A stretch of DNA of 52,933 nucleotides, taken from IMG/VR virus record IMGVR_UViG_3300048818_000172, positions 1 through 52,933 of that record; one strand, written 5' to 3'. The stretch comes from a virus (Duplodnaviria > Caudoviricetes). The translations under genes were made by a program, and so were the position numbers. Below the pieces are notes generated by a model, which was not told the origin of the DNA, searched no databases, and was given only the letters and a program-made list of their open reading frames with translations. Below, one piece after another: positions 1 to 8,510 of this stretch; the stretch's first letter is position 1; each line of letters begins with the position of its first letter.

Positions 1-603
1 GGCCGCCAGGCTCAAGGAACAGCGCGAGCGCGAGGAGGCAGAGCGGGCCCGAATCCAGGCGATCGAGGATGAGAACAAGAAGCTGCGCGAGGCCGAGGAA
101 GCGCGGTTGAAGCTGCTCAGGGAGGCCGAGGAAGCGCGGATCAAGGCCGAGGCCGAGGAACGGGCCGAACAGCAGCGGGCCGAGGCGGAGCGGCTGCGCG
201 TGGAGCGCGAAGCCCTGGACGCCGAGCGAAAGAAGCTCGAAGCCGAGCAGGTCCAGCGCGAGGCCGAGGGCCGCAAGGAACGCGACCGGCTAATCGCCGA
301 GGCCACCGCCTACCAGCAGAAGCAGCAGGCTGAACGCTGGGCCGAACAGGAACGGATCAACGCCGAGCGTGCCGAGCTGGACCGCCAGCGCGCCGAGCTG
401 CGGGCCCAGCAAGAGGAATCGGCCAGGATCGAGCGGGAGCGCGTGGCCAAGGTCGAGGCCGAACAGCAGCGCATCGCCGATGAGCAAGTGGCCGAACAAC
501 GGCGCCTGGCTGCACGAGAGGCCGAGGCCAAGCGGATCGAGGATGAGGCCGCCGCAGCCGAACAGAAGCGGCTCGACAAGATTCGCATGGACGCCGAGGA
601 GCT
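1..603. repeat. Imperfect terminal direct repeat of 52298-52933
   Basis: 1-99 is identical to 52298-52396 and 542-603 is identical to 52872-52933. The middle is homologous but diverged, with a net 33-bp length difference. Confidence 0.95.
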
Positions 604-763
604 GGCGCACAGGCAGGCCGAGGAAGCCAAGGCCGAGGCCCAGCGACCGGACAAGGAGAAGCAGGCCAAGATTTACGGTCAGATTATGAAGCTGGTGCAG
701 GACTGGAACCGGCTCCAGCAAAAGATCGGAAAGCCTGAAAAGCTGATAGCGCGGATTGTCTGA
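2..763 (+). CDS. 3' part of long Ala/Glu/Arg-rich coiled-coil protein (5' part starts at 51927)
   Basis: Open frame from base 2 to the stop at 763, in frame with the ORF starting at 51927 across the terminal overlap. Confidence 0.85.
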   Translation, partial: AARLKEQREREEAERARIQAIEDENKKLREAEEARLKLLREAEEARIKAEAEERAEQQRAEAERLRVEREALDAERKKLEAEQVQREAEGRKERDRLIAEATAYQQKQQAERWAEQERINAERAELDRQRAELRAQQEESARIERERVAKVEAEQQRIADEQVAEQRRLAAREAEAKRIEDEAAAAEQKRLDKIRMDAEELAHRQAEEAKAEAQRPDKEKQAKIYGQIMKLVQDWNRLQQKIGKPEKLIARIV

Positions 764-894
764 GGCGGCCACCTGGTCGTTCACAAGGAGTAAGGCCCAA
801 CAGGGCCACCAAGCCGCGAGACGGTTGGCGATGACACCGCGACGTTAACAGCGGGTGAGAATCGGCCGCAGGCCGCATGGAAGCGGCCTACCAA

Positions 895-966
895 GGCGCC
901 ACAGGGCCCGCAACGCCGCCTTACTTGTCGGCAGCGGTCGGCCGGGTTCAATTCCCGGCGGCGCCA
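895..966 (+). ncRNA. tRNA-like element (acceptor stem and canonical T-arm, degenerate D and anticodon arms)
   Basis: 72 nt. GGCGCC(895-900) pairs with GGCGCC(960-965), followed by discriminator A. T-arm is CCGGG-TTCAATT-CCCGG. No CCA and no clean anticodon arm. Confidence 0.5.
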
Positions 967-1112
967 CTGCAAGAACCGGGGAATCGGGAGGCCCTTCCTC
1001 CCGACAGTCACCTGGGACTTGTGACCGCTTCGTTCCGTGGCCCTACCACGGAGCCAAAACCACGGGCCGGCGTGGGGAGCGAACCGGCCAACTTTTCACA
1101 CACGGTAGCCAC

Positions 1113-1304
1113 ATGACCAAGACACAGGCCAAGAAACTGAAAGCCGGCGACCGGGTTATCTGGAAGCATGGCAAGTTCGAGGTCGGCGGAACGGTCGTAG
1201 GAAAAAAGTGGAATACGGTGTGGATCAATTGGGACGATGGTTTTCAGAAAGTGCATTACGCCGAAACGATGGACTATGTTTTCACAGCCCCGAGGACACC
1301 ATGA
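1113..1304 (+). CDS. Small hypothetical protein, SH3/KOW-like (KLKAGDRVIW)
   Basis: ATG at 1113. Stop overlaps the next start (ATGA). Confidence 0.7.
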   Translation: MTKTQAKKLKAGDRVIWKHGKFEVGGTVVGKKWNTVWINWDDGFQKVHYAETMDYVFTAPRTP

Positions 1305-1585
1305 TCGAGAACACAGGCGGCCCCGCCTTCCCGTCAACAATGCACGAAAGGATACGTTGGCCGGGAGGAACGCGGCCAGGGGGGTTAAGCGAGACAAGCG
1401 ATCCTTACCAGGTCAGCTATCCCGGCATGACCCTACGCGATTACTTCGCCGGCCAAGCGCTGATCGGATGGCTGTCCACCTATTCCCATTCACAAGGGAA
1501 AGAGGCCAACATGGTCGAAGCCGAAGCATATGCGAAATCGGCCTACGAGCTGGCCGATGCGCTTCTCAAAGAAAGGAACAAGTGA
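1301..1585 (+). CDS. Conserved phage protein of the GGPAFP...GMTLRDYFA...AYxxADA family
   Basis: All three signature motifs present. RBS GAGGA. Confidence 0.85.
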   Translation: MIENTGGPAFPSTMHERIRWPGGTRPGGLSETSDPYQVSYPGMTLRDYFAGQALIGWLSTYSHSQGKEANMVEAEAYAKSAYELADALLKERNK

Positions 1586-1588
1586 ACC

Positions 1589-2425
1589 ATGAGCGAAGAA
1601 ACACTACCAGGCAACGGCCTGGCCCAATCAACCGGGGTAACCAACCCCCTCGTGCTGATCGAGCGCATGATCGAGAAGGGCGTCGACCCTACCGCGCTCC
1701 GTCAGATGATGGACTTATCGGAGCGCTGGGAGACCAATCAAGCGGCCAAGCGCTTCGCCGAGCGAATCACCATGTTTCAGTCGAAGTGCGAGGCGGTCTA
1801 CAAGGGCCGCGCGGCGCAATTCGATGAGAAAGACGGCAGCGGCAACAAGACCGGCAACAAGGTCGCGGCCTACAAATTTGCGTCTTACGATGACATCATG
1901 GCCGAGGTGCAACCGATCCTGGCCGAGTGCGAAATCGTCGTCACGTTCAGCACCGACGAGCCGAAGGAAGGCCGCCCCGGGCTCAGCGGAAAGTGCCGCG
2001 TGCGGGTAGGGCAGCACACCGAGGATAGCTACCTCTTCCTGCCCATCCCCGAGATGAAAGTGAACGCCACACAGAAATTCGGCGCCGCGCTCAGCTATCT
2101 CAAGCGCTATCTGCTGTGCGCGGCCCTCAACATCCGCACGACCGACGTTGACGACGACGCCGGGACACAATTCGACACCATCACCGCGAAGCAGCAGGCC
2201 ACCCTGGACGGCTACCGCCAGCAGATCGAGGACGTGCAGGCCAAGGCCACCGGCCAGGGCGTCGTATTCGACAACCCGTTCAGCATGGCCCGCTTCTGGC
2301 AGTGGGCCAAGTGCAAGACGTTCGCCGAGCTGCCAGCCGAGAAGTATGGCGAGGCGGCCAAGCTGCTGAACGAGAAGAAGTGCCGGCTCGAAGAAGAGGT
2401 CGCGGCGAAAGGGGGCGCGAAGTGA
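1589..2425 (+). CDS. erf: ERF-family single-strand annealing protein
   Basis: YKFASYDDI...PIL and QKFGAALSYLKRYLLCAALNI...DDDA motifs. Lies next to an exonuclease gene. Confidence 0.88.
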   Translation: MSEETLPGNGLAQSTGVTNPLVLIERMIEKGVDPTALRQMMDLSERWETNQAAKRFAERITMFQSKCEAVYKGRAAQFDEKDGSGNKTGNKVAAYKFASYDDIMAEVQPILAECEIVVTFSTDEPKEGRPGLSGKCRVRVGQHTEDSYLFLPIPEMKVNATQKFGAALSYLKRYLLCAALNIRTTDVDDDAGTQFDTITAKQQATLDGYRQQIEDVQAKATGQGVVFDNPFSMARFWQWAKCKTFAELPAEKYGEAAKLLNEKKCRLEEEVAAKGGAK

Positions 2426-2592
2426 GGAACGAGCTGCGGATGATCTTGTCCAGAGACCAACTAACAAAGCTCATCAATGATTTGATGGACCTGTTGGCCG
2501 GCGAGTGCGATGCGGTTCGCCTTGCTTCCGACGATCCGTTGGCCATGACCACATTGTTAGAGCTGGGGGAGGTTTCCCATGCTGTACCATGA
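2422..2592 (+). CDS. Small hypothetical protein
   Basis: GTG start overlaps the erf stop (GTGA) and fills the gap to the exonuclease. Confidence 0.55.
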   Translation: MRNELRMILSRDQLTKLINDLMDLLAGECDAVRLASDDPLAMTTLLELGEVSHAVP

Positions 2593-3223
2593 CGTCGAAC
2601 AGGGATCTGAACTCTGGTTCCGTCTCCGCCTGGGCGTGCCCACGGCCAGCAATTTCGACATGATCCTCACGCCGGCCAAGGGCGAGCCGAGCACCTCGCA
2701 GCGCAAGTTCATCGCGCAGCTCATCGGCGAGACCCTGGCCGCGTTCCTCCCGGCCAACGCGCCCAACTACACCTCGCGGGCGATAGATTGGGGCCAGCAG
2801 ACGGAGAAGGAGGCCAGGGACTTCTACGGCATGGAACGCGACACCGACGTTTCCAATGGCGGATTCGTCGAGACAGACGACAAGCGATTCGGTTGCTCGC
2901 CGGATGGATTGATCGGACTTCAACAACTCCCGTCTGGCCTATGGGTCTGCAAGGGCGGCCTGGAACTGAAATGCCCACAGCCCACAACGCACGCCGGCTA
3001 CCTGATGGACGGGCAGAAAGTGCCGCACGAGTACCGGTGGCAAGTGCAAGGCGAGCTGGTCGTGACCGGCGCCCGCTGGTGGGATTTCATGAGCTACTGC
3101 CCAGGCCTTCCGCCGCTCCTCGTGCGCGTCGAGCCCAACGGCGATACCGACCGTTTGCGCGTGGCCCTGGACCGGTTCCACGGCAACTATGTGTTGGCGC
3201 TGGCCAAGGTCAGGGGGAAATAA
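2579..3223 (+). CDS. YqaJ / lambda-exonuclease family nuclease
   Basis: EQGSELWFRLRLGVPTAS, WGQQTE, GCSPDGL, ELKCP, YRWQVQG and WWDFMSY motifs. Confidence 0.93.
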   Translation: MLYHDVEQGSELWFRLRLGVPTASNFDMILTPAKGEPSTSQRKFIAQLIGETLAAFLPANAPNYTSRAIDWGQQTEKEARDFYGMERDTDVSNGGFVETDDKRFGCSPDGLIGLQQLPSGLWVCKGGLELKCPQPTTHAGYLMDGQKVPHEYRWQVQGELVVTGARWWDFMSYCPGLPPLLVRVEPNGDTDRLRVALDRFHGNYVLALAKVRGK

Positions 3224-3224
3224 C

Positions 3225-3464
3225 ATGCGCCACCTCTACGAACTGGAGCGGACCATCAACGACGAGTTGAACCGCTACACGGTGGACTGCGACGGCGACC
3301 CGGACGATTGCGACTTCACCGCGAAGATGGCCCGGACGATCTACGACGCCCATATCAAGCCGCTTGTGCATGCGCTGACCGAGGCGGCCCAGGCCTGCAA
3401 TGAACCCAATTCCCATCTCTGCCGACTTCTCAACGCGGCCATTGCCAAAGCCGAGGGCCGGTAG
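3225..3464 (+). CDS. Hypothetical protein
   Basis: ATG 1 nt after the previous stop. Ends in the common phage tail AAIAKAEG. Confidence 0.7.
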   Translation: MRHLYELERTINDELNRYTVDCDGDPDDCDFTAKMARTIYDAHIKPLVHALTEAAQACNEPNSHLCRLLNAAIAKAEGR

Positions 3465-3604
3465 TACACTTCTTCCTCAGACCACTTGCCCGGTCTCCCC
3501 GACACCGAATACATTCGCTCCACGCCGGCCTCCCCAGGGTCACTTCTACCGGGCAAGGGTCTTGACCTTGACGGGGGCCGGCTGGTTTTCTGCGGAGCCG
3601 CTCG

Positions 3605-3919
3605 ATGCGCAAAGAAACTCTGGAAGAAATGACAGCCAAATGCGCTGAACTGTACCGCCAATCTCTCTTGCATTCAGCCCGAATCCTTCCGCGCGTCACG
3701 GAATTAGGCAAGCACCTGCTGACTATTCGAGAGGAAGGCCCTCCCCGGGATTTCTTCCAGACCGCCGAAGAGGAAATGGGTATGCACCCCATGCAGGCGG
3801 CGATACTGCTGCTCGCTGGCTGCATTGAGCTAAGCCCCGAAGAGTGGAACACCCTTCAGCTTTGCGCGGCGCTGGCCGAGGCCGAGGCTAAGCGATTCGA
3901 GAAGGAGGATGGGCTGTGA
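3605..3919 (+). CDS. Hypothetical protein
   Basis: RBS GGAG. Stop overlaps the next start. Confidence 0.65.
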   Translation: MRKETLEEMTAKCAELYRQSLLHSARILPRVTELGKHLLTIREEGPPRDFFQTAEEEMGMHPMQAAILLLAGCIELSPEEWNTLQLCAALAEAEAKRFEKEDGL

Positions 3920-4761
3920 AAAACGATCCTCTTGACATCAACCCGCCGGCAATCGTCCGGCAGGCCGAGACTCCCGACGCCGAGCTGGTCGGCAAGATCA
4001 AGGATGCCTGGAAACGATTCCAGACCGCAGGCCGCTCAATGTGCACCGAGGGCGAGACCATAGGCGAGTGGCTAGAAGCCTGGAAAAAGCGAAATCCAGG
4101 CAAGCTCAAGGCGTTCGTCGCCGAATATCTGCCGTTCAGCTACAGATGGGCCAAGAAACTTTGCCACACGGCAAGACAGGCCATTGCAGATAGGGAAAAC
4201 CCGGAGGAACTTAGTTCCCCTGAGCGCCTTGAACGAAACCTCAAGATTCTGAACGAAGATATTCCAGAGAAAGAGGTTGAGCCGACCGCACCCCCCGCGC
4301 CCGGCAGTGTCGACGCAGCCCTTGCACCGGCCGGAGAGGGGCCACCTCGCGAGCCGGGCGACATGACGCCGGAGGAGGCCGAACAGGACAGAATCGAAAC
4401 GGCGTTGAAGGCCGCGATCAAGAAAGCGCTGGACAAGTGCAAGCGCTGCTCGCGCATCGGCGTGGCCAGCTGCAAAAGCTGCAAGGCCAGGGTCTACGAC
4501 CTGATGCACCCCACGGAGACGCCGGACACCTCGAAGCCGAAGAAGCCGAAGAACACTAGCGGCCAGGCGCTCTTCCTCTGGCCGCAGTATCACAAGGTTT
4601 TCGGCGAGACCGTGCGCGCGGTCGACACGATTTGCAACGGATACGGCATCCCAAGAGTCAACTCCGAGGCCGAAGCGCTGCGTACCGAAATTCGAGCATG
4701 GAACATTCGGTTCAAGGCGTGGACGGCCAAGGTTACGAAGCAAAAACCACCCGAGGCTTGA
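3916..4761 (+). CDS. Hypothetical protein with DUF3102-like N-terminus and Cys cluster
   Basis: IGEWLEAWKK..PGKLKAFVAEYLPFSYRWA resembles DUF3102. Also CxxC...CxxC. The family call is tentative. Confidence 0.55.
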   Translation: MKNDPLDINPPAIVRQAETPDAELVGKIKDAWKRFQTAGRSMCTEGETIGEWLEAWKKRNPGKLKAFVAEYLPFSYRWAKKLCHTARQAIADRENPEELSSPERLERNLKILNEDIPEKEVEPTAPPAPGSVDAALAPAGEGPPREPGDMTPEEAEQDRIETALKAAIKKALDKCKRCSRIGVASCKSCKARVYDLMHPTETPDTSKPKKPKNTSGQALFLWPQYHKVFGETVRAVDTICNGYGIPRVNSEAEALRTEIRAWNIRFKAWTAKVTKQKPPEA

Positions 4762-4762
4762 G

Positions 4763-4990
4763 ATGAAAACGAAACTTTCTCCGCAAGATGCCTGGTGGCG
4801 GGTCTATGACGAAGCCTTTGCAAAGGACTGGACTTTTCGCCGCGCGGCTTCGTGGTTTTTCTGCATGTACCATTACTGGCCGCCCACGAACCTTGCGGGC
4901 ATGCCGCGGCGGGAGTTCGACTGGTATCGCAGTGTTCAGGACGTTCCGCTAACCGCGTTAATCGCTTACCGAGAATGCCCAGGAGCGTAG
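4763..4990 (+). CDS. Stand-alone paralogue of the helicase C-terminal domain
   Basis: Aligns with the last 65 aa or so of 4991-6553 (WxRxY, AK..TFRxA, WP, MPxxEFDxYRxVxDVP..LI). Confidence 0.8.
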   Translation: MKTKLSPQDAWWRVYDEAFAKDWTFRRAASWFFCMYHYWPPTNLAGMPRREFDWYRSVQDVPLTALIAYRECPGA

Positions 4991-6553
4991 ATGGATCGCC
5001 CACGCTGGCCCCTGCAACTGTTCGGTCACCGCGCCGTGCTCGAAGCATTCGACGCCGGCCACCGGACCGTTTGCCTCACCTCGCCGACCGGCACGGGCAA
5101 AACCGTGATGGTGGAGGACATCCTGAAAGACTTCTTGCACCTCGGCAAGCGGTGCGTGCTTTACACCAACCGAAAGATGCTCATTGACCAGCTCAGCAAG
5201 TCGCTCGACGAGGCCGGCATTCCGCACGGGGTTCGCTCGCCCGACCATGACGACGAGCGGCACCTCGACATGCAAATCAGCTCCATCCCCACGGAGGTCA
5301 AGCGCTGGAACAAGCCAGGGTGGGACCTGCACGACGCGCACCTGGCCGTGATCGACGAAGCCCATTTGAACACGGGCGAGGGGGCCCGCAAGATACGCGA
5401 TCGGCACCTCGAAGCCGGCTGCCTCATCCTCGGCCCCACGGCAACGCCGATCGACATGGGCGACTTCTACGAGCACCTCGTCGTGGCCGGCCGCGTCTCT
5501 GACGGCCGCGCCTGCGGGGCCCTGGTGCTCGCCCATCACTACGCGGCCGACGAGCCGGATTGGGCGGAGTTCAACAAGCTCAAGAAGGGCAGGAAGATCG
5601 ACGAGGAGGCCGACAGCATCAGCGCAGCCGAGGCCGACAGCGCGATTATGAGGCCCGGCATCTTCGGCCGCGTGATCGACAACTACCGCCGGTTCAACCC
5701 CGAGCAGCGGCCGACGATCCTATTCGGTCCCAACGTGGCCGGCAGTCTGGCGTTCGCCGAGCAATTCACCGCAGCCGGGATCGAGGCGGTGCATATCGAC
5801 GGCGACGACGTGTGGATCCGCGGCCGGCTCTACAAGAGCAGCCAAACGACCAGGGCAAAGGTATTGGAGGCAAGCAAAGATGGACGTGTCAAAGTCATCT
5901 GTAACCGGTTCGTCCTTCGAGAAGGCGTTGACGCTCCCTGGCTCAGTCATGGCATCTTCGCCACTATCTTCGGTTCGCTTTCGAGTTACCTCCAAAGTGG
6001 TGGGCGCCTTCTCCGTAGTAACGGTGGAGTGGCTGGAGTCACCATTCAAGACCACGGCGGCCATTGGTGGCGATTCGGGAGCCTGAATATCGATCGCCAG
6101 TGGATGCTGGGCCTCACCAATTCGAGCATGTTGGGGATGCACGGCGACCGGTCTCGCAAGCTGCCGAGGCCCAGCCCCTGCCCGCAATGCAAGGAAGTTC
6201 AAATCTGGAAATCGGCCACCTGCCAATTCTGCGGCTGGGTCGCCAAGCCGGGCGCCAAGGTCTCACGGCCGGTCGTGCAGACGAACGGCGAGCTGCGGGA
6301 GATGGTCGGCGACGTGTGGAAGCCGCGGCGCGTCTACACGCGACCGGACGGGCCGGCGAAATGGAAACGCATGTATTACCGGTCGCGGCAACCCAAGGCA
6401 AAGGGCCGGACGTTCCGCGCGGCCATGGCGCTCTACGCCACAGAAAACTACTTCGCATGGCCGGACACGCGTTGGCCGTACATGCCCATCGACGAGTTCG
6501 ACCGATACCGGCGAGTGATCGACGTTCCCGAGGACTGCCTGATTCAAGAATAG
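4991..6553 (+). CDS. SF2 DEAH-box helicase (RadD/UvsW-like) with zinc ribbon
   Basis: SPTGTGKT, IDEAH, TATP, EGVDAP, QSGGRLLR and CPQC..CQFC motifs. Confidence 0.93.
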   Translation: MDRPRWPLQLFGHRAVLEAFDAGHRTVCLTSPTGTGKTVMVEDILKDFLHLGKRCVLYTNRKMLIDQLSKSLDEAGIPHGVRSPDHDDERHLDMQISSIPTEVKRWNKPGWDLHDAHLAVIDEAHLNTGEGARKIRDRHLEAGCLILGPTATPIDMGDFYEHLVVAGRVSDGRACGALVLAHHYAADEPDWAEFNKLKKGRKIDEEADSISAAEADSAIMRPGIFGRVIDNYRRFNPEQRPTILFGPNVAGSLAFAEQFTAAGIEAVHIDGDDVWIRGRLYKSSQTTRAKVLEASKDGRVKVICNRFVLREGVDAPWLSHGIFATIFGSLSSYLQSGGRLLRSNGGVAGVTIQDHGGHWWRFGSLNIDRQWMLGLTNSSMLGMHGDRSRKLPRPSPCPQCKEVQIWKSATCQFCGWVAKPGAKVSRPVVQTNGELREMVGDVWKPRRVYTRPDGPAKWKRMYYRSRQPKAKGRTFRAAMALYATENYFAWPDTRWPYMPIDEFDRYRRVIDVPEDCLIQE

Positions 6554-6581
6554 TTCGCCCTTTCACCCCAGGAGTAAGAAA

Positions 6582-6893
6582 ATGGCCCGCAGAAAGAAAC
6601 CAGCAGATGAGCCGGACATGGAGCAAGGCTACATCCCCGGCACGGAGCCTCCCCGAGTTCCTGCCGTCGACCAGGCGGCCAAGCTGTACCACAAGGTGAT
6701 GCTCGATCGCGTCGAGCTGACCAAGGAGGAACACGAGGCGATGGCCAACCTCGTCGAGAAGATGATCGAAGCCGGCCTGCAATACTACGAGACCAAACAG
6801 GGGCTCGAAGTCAAGCTGACCAGCAAGTCCAAATGCACAGTGAAGCCGGCCAAGAAGAAGCATCCGACCGACGACAACGAGAGCACGAGCTGA
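6582..6893 (+). CDS. Hypothetical protein
   Basis: Strong RBS AGGAG. 103 aa. Confidence 0.75.
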   Translation: MARRKKPADEPDMEQGYIPGTEPPRVPAVDQAAKLYHKVMLDRVELTKEEHEAMANLVEKMIEAGLQYYETKQGLEVKLTSKSKCTVKPAKKKHPTDDNESTS

Positions 6894-7031
6894 ACCATGC
6901 AAAGCTGGATACCAACAGAGAGGGCCCTGCCAAAAGAGGGCCGAGTGGTGGAGACGAAGGTGGACGGCCAGCCCGGTTCCTTCCTTCGCTTGAAGCTGGT
7001 CGGCCCCCTCTGGCTGTTGCCCTGCGGAGGG

Positions 7032-8510
7032 TAATTACATACTTGGCTCACCACGCGAAGGAAATCTGAACCGATGAAGTCGACGCTTCAAGAAGCCGAA
7101 TGGTCCGGCTGCTACGACGACAACTGGAACGGCTTCATTGTTCCAACTGCCTTCGCCCATCCCGCCAAGTTTGCGCGCGGCCTGGTCACGCGCATCTACC
7201 GGCACATGCTGGAGCAAGGCTGGATCAAGCCGGGCGACGTATGCTTCGATCCGTTTGGTGGTATCGGAACCGGCGGCATTGTCGCGGCCTCGCTGGGCCT
7301 GCAATGGGTCGGCTGCGAATTAGAGGAGCGCTTTTACAATCTGGCCCTGGAGAACTTCGCGCTCCACCGCCGCACATGGGAGGCCATGGGCGACCCGCTG
7401 CCGGTCATTCTGCACGGAGATTCGCGGAACGCAGCGGCGCTGGTGCGGGCGCATGGCGTGGTTTCATCGCCGCCGTTCCTTGACGCCAGAAACGGCACCA
7501 CGGCGTCGACGTCCAGCAACGGTGGTCCTTGCACGGATCGAATCGCCAGCGTCGCCAATGGGGACTTGCTGGGCGACACTCCCGGCCAGCTTGGCGGGAT
7601 GCCCACTGGCGACCTTGACGCAGCGATTAGCTCGCCGCCTTACGCGGAAACTGCCACCAACGGATCTCGCGAAAACCGCGCGGCGAATCTCGACAAGGCC
7701 GGTATCGACAGCAAGGCGTGGCTCGGCAACGCCCGATGCACGCAAGGAAGGTCGGAAGGATACGGCGCGGCCCCCGGCCAGCTCGGGGCCATGAAGGAAG
7801 GCGCGATCGACAGCGTCTTGAGCAGCCCGCCCTACAGCGAGAGCCTTCGTAAAGGAGAGCCGACCGATCCCGTCAAATCGCACGCAAACCAAGCCCGGGA
7901 CATCATGGCCGGAAAAGGCATCGCGTCACATTACGGCGAAACTCCCGGCCAATTGGGGAACCTCAAGGAAGGGGATGTTGACGCGGCAGTGTCATCGCCT
8001 CCGTTTGAGGACAGCGAAGCCATTGCGCCGCGAGCGAATGGCCTGATGGAAAAGGTTGCCAAGAAACACGGCAACAACAAAGCGCGGCAGGAATCGTGCG
8101 ACATGCAGGATTACGGGCGCAGCGCTGGGCAACTCGGCAACGACACCGGCGAAACCTTCTGGGCCGCCGCGCGCCAGATCGTCGAGCAGACCTACCTCTT
8201 GCTCAAGCCCGGCGGCATCGCGGCCTGGGTCTGCAAGGATTACGTCAAGGCCGGCAAGCGTGTCCCGTTCTGCGACAACTGGGCGCGGCTCTGCGAGGCG
8301 TGCGGCTTCGAGGTCATCCAGCGCGTCCGCGCGATGCTGGTCAAGGAAGAAACGCACGCCGGCCTGTTCGGCGCGGTGACGAAGAAGACGGAGAGGAAGT
8401 CGTTTTTCCGGCGGCTGCACGAGCGGAAGCCGGGCGCGGTGCGGATTGATTGGGAGGAAGTTTTGTTCATGCGGAAGCGGGAGAGCCATGGTGAGCCAAG
8501 TATGTAATTA
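7032..8510. mobile_element. Non-autonomous TIR-bounded insertion cassette carrying a methyltransferase
   Basis: Perfect 22-bp TIRs TAATTACATACTTGGCTCACCA (7032-7053 and 8489-8510). 12-bp direct repeat CCCTGCGGAGGG (7020-7031 and 8511-8522). No transposase. Confidence 0.92.
7074..8507 (+). CDS. Amino (probably N4-cytosine) DNA methyltransferase-like protein with four tandem SPP[YF] modules
   Basis: HPAKF, FDPFGGIGT (SAM binding), GCELE, four SSPP[YF] motifs, LLKPGG. The stop codon lies inside the right TIR. Confidence 0.85.
   Translation: MKSTLQEAEWSGCYDDNWNGFIVPTAFAHPAKFARGLVTRIYRHMLEQGWIKPGDVCFDPFGGIGTGGIVAASLGLQWVGCELEERFYNLALENFALHRRTWEAMGDPLPVILHGDSRNAAALVRAHGVVSSPPFLDARNGTTASTSSNGGPCTDRIASVANGDLLGDTPGQLGGMPTGDLDAAISSPPYAETATNGSRENRAANLDKAGIDSKAWLGNARCTQGRSEGYGAAPGQLGAMKEGAIDSVLSSPPYSESLRKGEPTDPVKSHANQARDIMAGKGIASHYGETPGQLGNLKEGDVDAAVSSPPFEDSEAIAPRANGLMEKVAKKHGNNKARQESCDMQDYGRSAGQLGNDTGETFWAAARQIVEQTYLLLKPGGIAAWVCKDYVKAGKRVPFCDNWARLCEACGFEVIQRVRAMLVKEETHAGLFGAVTKKTERKSFFRRLHERKPGAVRIDWEEVLFMRKRESHGEPSM

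Noticed and set aside
764-970. tmRNA or functional tRNA gene
   Set aside because: The T-arm and acceptor resemble one, but there is no G3-U70 pair, tag ORF, CCA or proper anticodon arm. It is kept only as tRNA-like.
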